From contig OZ245006.1 in NCBI GenBank assembly GCA_965223545.1, positions 3,296,001 to 3,360,000 on the forward strand: a stretch of 64,000 bases of DNA, in the 5' to 3' direction. A program made the position numbers and the translations under genes. This DNA is from Planctomycetota bacterium (GTDB lineage Bacteria > Planctomycetota > UBA1135 > UBA2386). Below, one piece after another: positions 59,212 through 64,000 of this stretch; the first letter of the stretch is position 1; each line of letters starts with the position of its first letter. The notes under the pieces were generated by a model. That model was not told the DNA's origin, ran no database searches, and saw only the letters and a list, made by a program, of their open reading frames with translations.

Positions 59212-62200
59212 ATGAACGAGCCTCTCGACAACAGCATCCCGCCACAGCTCGACCGGGGTCTCGCGGCGGCGTTTCGTTCGCGCGCGGCCGACCGCGGTAC
59301 CGACCCGTCCGTGATCGATCGGCTGCAAGCGCGCAGCAGCGTTCGCCTGGGGGTCGACCTGCCGTCGCCACCGAGCCCGGGGCTTCATTCCCGGGGCCCG
59401 GTCGATGGCGAAGCCAACCCGAGCACCACCCGCTACGAGATCTCGGCGGAGCTGGCGCGCGGGGGAGTCGGCATCGTCTATCGCGGACGCGATCGCGACC
59501 TCGGGCGCGACGTCGCGATCAAGGTGCTGCACCCGGACCACGCAGACCGCGACGACGTGCTGGAACGGTTCGTCGAAGAGGCCCAGATCGGCGGGCAACT
59601 GCAGCACCCTGGAATCGTCCCGGTGTACGAGCTCGGGCTGCAACACGATCAGCATCCGTTCTTCGCGATGAAGCTGGTCGAAGGCGAGACGCTGGCCGTG
59701 CTGCTGCGCAAGCGCACCGATCCCGACAGCTCACGGCACCGACTCCTCCTCGTCTTCGAGCAGGTCTGCCAAACCCTGGCCTACGCGCACGCGCGCGGCG
59801 TGGTGCATCGCGATCTGAAACCCGCCAACGTGATGGTCGGCTCGTTCGGCGAAGTCCAAGTCGTCGACTGGGGCCTCGCGAAAGTGCTGGCCCGCGGCGG
59901 CGAAGCCGGCCCGCCACGCAAGCCGCCGGCAGCACCGAACGCGGTGGCCACCGCCCGCTCGGCCTCGGGCACGGAGTCGATGGCGGGCGCGGTCCTCGGA
60001 ACGCCGGCCTACATGGCGCCGGAGCAGGCGCGCGGCGACGTCGAGGCGATGGACCAACGCAGCGATGTCTTTGCACTCGGTGCGTTGCTGTGCGAGATCC
60101 TCACCGGCGCTCCGCCGTACGAAGGCAGCCGAACCGACATTCTGCGACAGGCCATCGCGTGCGCGAACGAGCCGGCGCTGGCCCGCCTCGAGACAGCCGG
60201 GGTCGACACCGCGCTGGTCTCGCTGGTCGCCGACTGCCTGGCGGCCACGCCAGCATCACGGCCCAGCACCGCCGGGGCGGTCGCGGCGCGCCTCGGGGCG
60301 TATCTCGCGAGCGTCGAGCAGCGCGCGCGCGCATCAGAGATCCGGTCCGCGCAGCACGCACTCCGCGTCCGAGTGGTCACGGTGGCGGCAGCGGCAGTCG
60401 TAACCGTCGTGTCGATCGGAGCGGCGGGGGCGATCTGGTGGCGAGATCGGGTCGTCCGACAACAACGAGCCGCCGCCCACGACGTCGCGGTCGCTCTCGA
60501 CGAGGCGCGCACGCGGCATGGCATGGCGCAGGCGCTGCTGGCCGCCGACCGGGCGAGCGCCGAGGGCCTCGGTCGCTACGCGGAGGCCATCGCCGCCACC
60601 GAGCGGGCACTGGCACTCGCCCAAGCGGGTGACGCCGCTCTCCGACTGGAAGTCGACGCGATGCGCACGGTGCTGAAAGATCAACGCAGGTCCGCCGAGA
60701 ACACCGCCCGCGGCGTGCGCCGAGACCGCGCGCTGACGGCTGCGCTCGAGGAGGCGCGGATCGCGCCGGACGACGACGTCGGCGACCCGGCGTTCCGGCA
60801 GCGGGAGGCGAGCCGCCGGGATGCCGGCTACGCGGCGGTGTTCCGGGCGCACGGCGTCGACGTCGATGCGATGGAGCCAGAGGCCGCCGCCCAGGCCCTG
60901 CGCGGCAGCGCCGACGTCGAGGTCGCGGCGGCGCTCGACGACTGGGGGATCCAGCGCCGGCTGCTCGACCAATGGCGGACACCGTCCGCGGCGGGCACGG
61001 CCCGGCATCTGTTCGCCGTGGCACGAGTCCTCGACGGGGGCGAGCCCTGGCGACGGCGACTGCATGACGAGCTGGCACGCGAACAGCCGCGGCTTGCGAC
61101 CTTGCGCGCACTGCGGGACGAGATCGAGAGCCGCGACGCACCCGCCACGAGCTACCTGTTGCTCGCCGACGCGCTGTGGTCGGCCGGCGCTAACCAGCGA
61201 GCGATGACCCTGCTCGATGCCGGGCAGCGCCGCTATCCGGCCAGCTTCCCGCTGACGTTCTGGCTCGGTTTCCGCCACGAACAGGTCGGCCAGCACGAGG
61301 TGGCGCTGCGCCACTACGCCACCGCCCGAGCACTCCAACCGGAGAACCGGGAGGTGTGGCATCGCATCGGCAACGTCCTCGACGCACAGGGGCAGTTCGT
61401 CGAGGCAGTGAACGCGTTCGAGCACCTCGTCGAACGCGAGCCCGACAACCCGCACTGGATCTGGCATCGGGGCAAGCTGTGCGAGAAACAGGGGAAGCCG
61501 GCCGAGGCCGCGGCGGCGTACCGGCTGGCGCTAGACCGGGATCCGGACAACGCCCTGGTGCACGGCGCGCTGGGGAGACTTCGGTTCGAGCAAGGGCAAC
61601 TCGACGAGGCACGGACGCACTACGAGCGCGCCATCGCCCTCGATGCGGGCAACGCCGCCACTACTCACTACAACCTCGGCGTCCTCAACGCGCGGCAGGG
61701 CCAGCTCGACGAGGCGTTGCGCTGCTACCGGCGGGCCCTCGAGATCGACCCCGACTACGTGCGGGCGCACGAGAACCGCGGCGTTGCGCTGGCGAGTCAG
61801 GGCAAGCTCGACGAGGCCCTCGCGGCCCAACGCAAGGCGCTGCTGCTCGATCCCCAGCGAGCGGCGGCGCACTTCAATCTCGGCCTGCTGCTCACTCGAC
61901 TGGGGCGACGCGACGAAGCGATCCCGAGCTTCAGACGCGCGATCGAGATCGAGCCGGACCGCGCGCTGTTCCACTACCAGCTCGGCAACGCACTGCTCAG
62001 CGCCCGTTTCTATCGCGAAGCGAGCGCGGCGTTCCGGGCGGCGACTCGTCTCGATGCCGAGTATCCCGAAGCGCACTGCAACCTCGGTCATGCCCTCGGT
62101 GGGCTGCTGACCGACACGACGGCGGCCGCGGACCGGCGGGCGCTCTACGACGAAGCGATCGAGAGCCTACGACGCGGCCATGAGCTCGGCACGGCACGCG

Positions 62201-62751
62201 CGGGGTGGCGATACCCATCGGGGGAATGGCTTCGTCGCATGCAGGAGAGCGCTGCCGAGGAGCGCCGCTTGTTGCAGCTGGCGGCGGGCGTCGTCACGAG
62301 TCACGAGGCCCGCGACTGGGCGCGCGCGGCGCATGTCCTGAGCGATCACGGTGCGCCACTGGCGGCGGTGCGCGCCTACGAGCGCGCTGCCGCGCTCGAT
62401 CCCGAGCTCGCTGGCGATGTCGACGGCGATCATCGGTACGCCGCGGCCCGCGCAGCCGTGAGCGCGGCGACCGATTTGCTGGCGGCCGCGCGCACCGACG
62501 CCGAAGAACGTGCGCGGCTCCACGCACGCGCGCACGCTTGGTTGCGCGCCGATCTCCAACACTGGCAACGAGCAGCCGAACAGGGATCCGGCGAGGCGGC
62601 CCGCGGTGCACTCGAGTATTGGCTCGCCGACGATGCGTTCGATCGCGTTCGCGAAGCCGCGGCGCTCGACACCCTTCCCACCGAGACGGGGGAAGCATGG
62701 CGGCGGTTCTGGGCGGAGGTGAGCAAGACTCTCGATGGCATGGACGCATGA
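59212..62751 (+). CDS. Hanks-type Ser/Thr protein kinase with TM-like segment and TPR repeats
   Basis: LARGGVGIVY, VAIK, HRDLKPAN, DWGLAK, GTPAYMAPEQ, DVFALG; hydrophobic segment near aa 385-405; many TPRs (HYNLGVL, HFNLGLL). Confidence 0.93.
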   Translation: MNEPLDNSIPPQLDRGLAAAFRSRAADRGTDPSVIDRLQARSSVRLGVDLPSPPSPGLHSRGPVDGEANPSTTRYEISAELARGGVGIVYRGRDRDLGRDVAIKVLHPDHADRDDVLERFVEEAQIGGQLQHPGIVPVYELGLQHDQHPFFAMKLVEGETLAVLLRKRTDPDSSRHRLLLVFEQVCQTLAYAHARGVVHRDLKPANVMVGSFGEVQVVDWGLAKVLARGGEAGPPRKPPAAPNAVATARSASGTESMAGAVLGTPAYMAPEQARGDVEAMDQRSDVFALGALLCEILTGAPPYEGSRTDILRQAIACANEPALARLETAGVDTALVSLVADCLAATPASRPSTAGAVAARLGAYLASVEQRARASEIRSAQHALRVRVVTVAAAAVVTVVSIGAAGAIWWRDRVVRQQRAAAHDVAVALDEARTRHGMAQALLAADRASAEGLGRYAEAIAATERALALAQAGDAALRLEVDAMRTVLKDQRRSAENTARGVRRDRALTAALEEARIAPDDDVGDPAFRQREASRRDAGYAAVFRAHGVDVDAMEPEAAAQALRGSADVEVAAALDDWGIQRRLLDQWRTPSAAGTARHLFAVARVLDGGEPWRRRLHDELAREQPRLATLRALRDEIESRDAPATSYLLLADALWSAGANQRAMTLLDAGQRRYPASFPLTFWLGFRHEQVGQHEVALRHYATARALQPENREVWHRIGNVLDAQGQFVEAVNAFEHLVEREPDNPHWIWHRGKLCEKQGKPAEAAAAYRLALDRDPDNALVHGALGRLRFEQGQLDEARTHYERAIALDAGNAATTHYNLGVLNARQGQLDEALRCYRRALEIDPDYVRAHENRGVALASQGKLDEALAAQRKALLLDPQRAAAHFNLGLLLTRLGRRDEAIPSFRRAIEIEPDRALFHYQLGNALLSARFYREASAAFRAATRLDAEYPEAHCNLGHALGGLLTDTTAAADRRALYDEAIESLRRGHELGTARAGWRYPSGEWLRRMQESAAEERRLLQLAAGVVTSHEARDWARAAHVLSDHGAPLAAVRAYERAAALDPELAGDVDGDHRYAAARAAVSAATDLLAAARTDAEERARLHARAHAWLRADLQHWQRAAEQGSGEAARGALEYWLADDAFDRVREAAALDTLPTETGEAWRRFWAEVSKTLDGMDA

Positions 62752-62773
62752 CGCGCGAGAGTTTTCTTCCTCA

Positions 62774-62794
62774 GAACCGCTGTTCGCCGGAAGA
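62774..62794 (+). promoter_or_regulatory. Candidate ECF promoter/regulatory motif, copy 2
   Basis: GAACCGCTGTTCGCCGGAAGA ends 37 nt before ATG 62832. Confidence 0.45.
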
Positions 62795-62831
62795 GCACTC
62801 AGCGCCAAGCACCTTGGCGCCACGGTGAACC

Positions 62832-64000
62832 ATGAAACGTCCTGCTTCTTCCGTGCCACCGCACACGTGCGGCCGCCTCTTCGCCGCGCTCCCCGCCTTG
62901 GCCCTCGGCTTGCCGCTCGCCTTGCCAGCGCAGAAGGCCCCCGATCTGCGGATCGATACTGCGCCGCGGACGGGACTCTACGGCGCCCTCACGCCATGGC
63001 CCGCGATCGCAGCTTCGGGTGCATCGGTGTACGTCGTGTGGGCCGATGGCCGCCACGACTTCAGCGCGAGCGCCGACCCGAGAGACATCTTCTTCAACGG
63101 GTCGAACGACGCGGGTAACAGCTGGCGCGCTGCCAATGTGCGCCTGAACACCGATGTGCCCGGCAGCGCTGCGCGCGCCAACCCGGTCTTGGCGGCGGAC
63201 GGTGCCGCGGTGTACGTGGCGTGGGGGGATGACCGCCACGGCGCGCGGAGCATCTACTTCAACCGCTCCCTCGACGGCGGCGCGACTTGGCTCGCAAAGG
63301 ACGTGCGGCTCGACGCTGCCGCCGGCAGCTCGGGATCGAGCGGCGTCCAACTCGCCGCAGCCGGCAACACCGTGTTCGTGACGTGGTCGGACCGCCGCAA
63401 TGGCCAACCGGACGTCTTCTTCAACCGATCGACCGATGGCGGCACGACCTGGTTGGCGCAGGACGTGCGGCTCGATACCGACGCGCCCGGCGCCAGCGGA
63501 TCGGGAGCGCCGAGCTTGGCGGTGTCCGGCGCGTCGGTGTACGTAATCTGGCGCGACCAACGAAGCGGTGGCGATGACGTGTACTTCAATGCATCGCATG
63601 ACGGTGGCCTCCAGTGGAGGGCGAGCGATGCTCGTATCAGCGCGCTTCCGGCGGGTGCCAACGTGCAAACGGGACCACGCATCGCGGCCGTGGGGCAGAG
63701 CGTGTACGCGGTTTGGACCGACTACCGCTCCGGCCTGTCGGACGTCTACTTGAACCGCTCGCTGGACGGAGGAGTGACGTGGCTCGCCACTGAGTCCCGC
63801 TTGGATACCGATCCGCTCGGCTCGGCCGGCTCGATCGAGCCACAGATCGCGGCCTCCGGTGCCTCGGTCTACGTGACCTGGGAGGATTGGCGCCGTGGCG
63901 TGACCTCTGCCGATGTCCGCTTCAACCGATCGTTGGACGCGGGAAGCACGTGGCTTGCGCAAGACGTACGGCTGGACGCCGGAGTCCGGTGGTCGAAGTT
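62832..64000 (+). CDS. Secreted BNR/Asp-box (sialidase-like) repeat protein, truncated by the right edge
   Basis: Not in the ORF track because it has no stop in the window. MKRPASS...LALGLPLALPA-Q signal, then repeats of VYV.W.D.R...D(I/V).FNRS.DGG.TWLA.DVRLD. Confidence 0.85.
   Translation, partial: MKRPASSVPPHTCGRLFAALPALALGLPLALPAQKAPDLRIDTAPRTGLYGALTPWPAIAASGASVYVVWADGRHDFSASADPRDIFFNGSNDAGNSWRAANVRLNTDVPGSAARANPVLAADGAAVYVAWGDDRHGARSIYFNRSLDGGATWLAKDVRLDAAAGSSGSSGVQLAAAGNTVFVTWSDRRNGQPDVFFNRSTDGGTTWLAQDVRLDTDAPGASGSGAPSLAVSGASVYVIWRDQRSGGDDVYFNASHDGGLQWRASDARISALPAGANVQTGPRIAAVGQSVYAVWTDYRSGLSDVYLNRSLDGGVTWLATESRLDTDPLGSAGSIEPQIAASGASVYVTWEDWRRGVTSADVRFNRSLDAGSTWLAQDVRLDAGVRWSK

Noticed and set aside
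62799..63962. Minus-strand 387-aa ORF
   Set aside because: It is antisense to the clear BNR-repeat gene starting at 62832.

Overview
A very GC-rich, gene-dense bacterial chromosomal window. It is most consistent with a Planctomycetota genome; this is inferred from ECF sigma factors with membrane/periplasmic extensions, an ECF plus Ser/Thr kinase pair, a sulfatase and many secreted beta-propeller proteins. Main content: (1) an operon behind a CosR/EctR-type MarR regulator encoding a degenerate P-II protein, an FN3-like membrane protein, an SSS transporter with a small partner, a non-canonical ATCase-like carbamoyltransferase and an AsnB-like amidotransferase, proposed here as an uncharacterised compatible-solute (N-carbamoyl-glutamine-amide-like) pathway; (2) a cbb3 oxidase cluster with fused ccoNO, monohaem ccoP and a mini-ccoH; (3) seven complete secreted propeller proteins from four unrelated repeat families that end in a similar ~110-125 aa C-terminal domain, a candidate sorting/anchoring signal; (4) four ECF sigma factors, one kinase-linked with a candidate cognate promoter motif; (5) a ~201-bp-period, palindrome-rich intergenic tandem array. 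No rRNA, tRNA, CRISPR array or transposase was recognised. All calls come from reading motifs by eye; no database searches were run.
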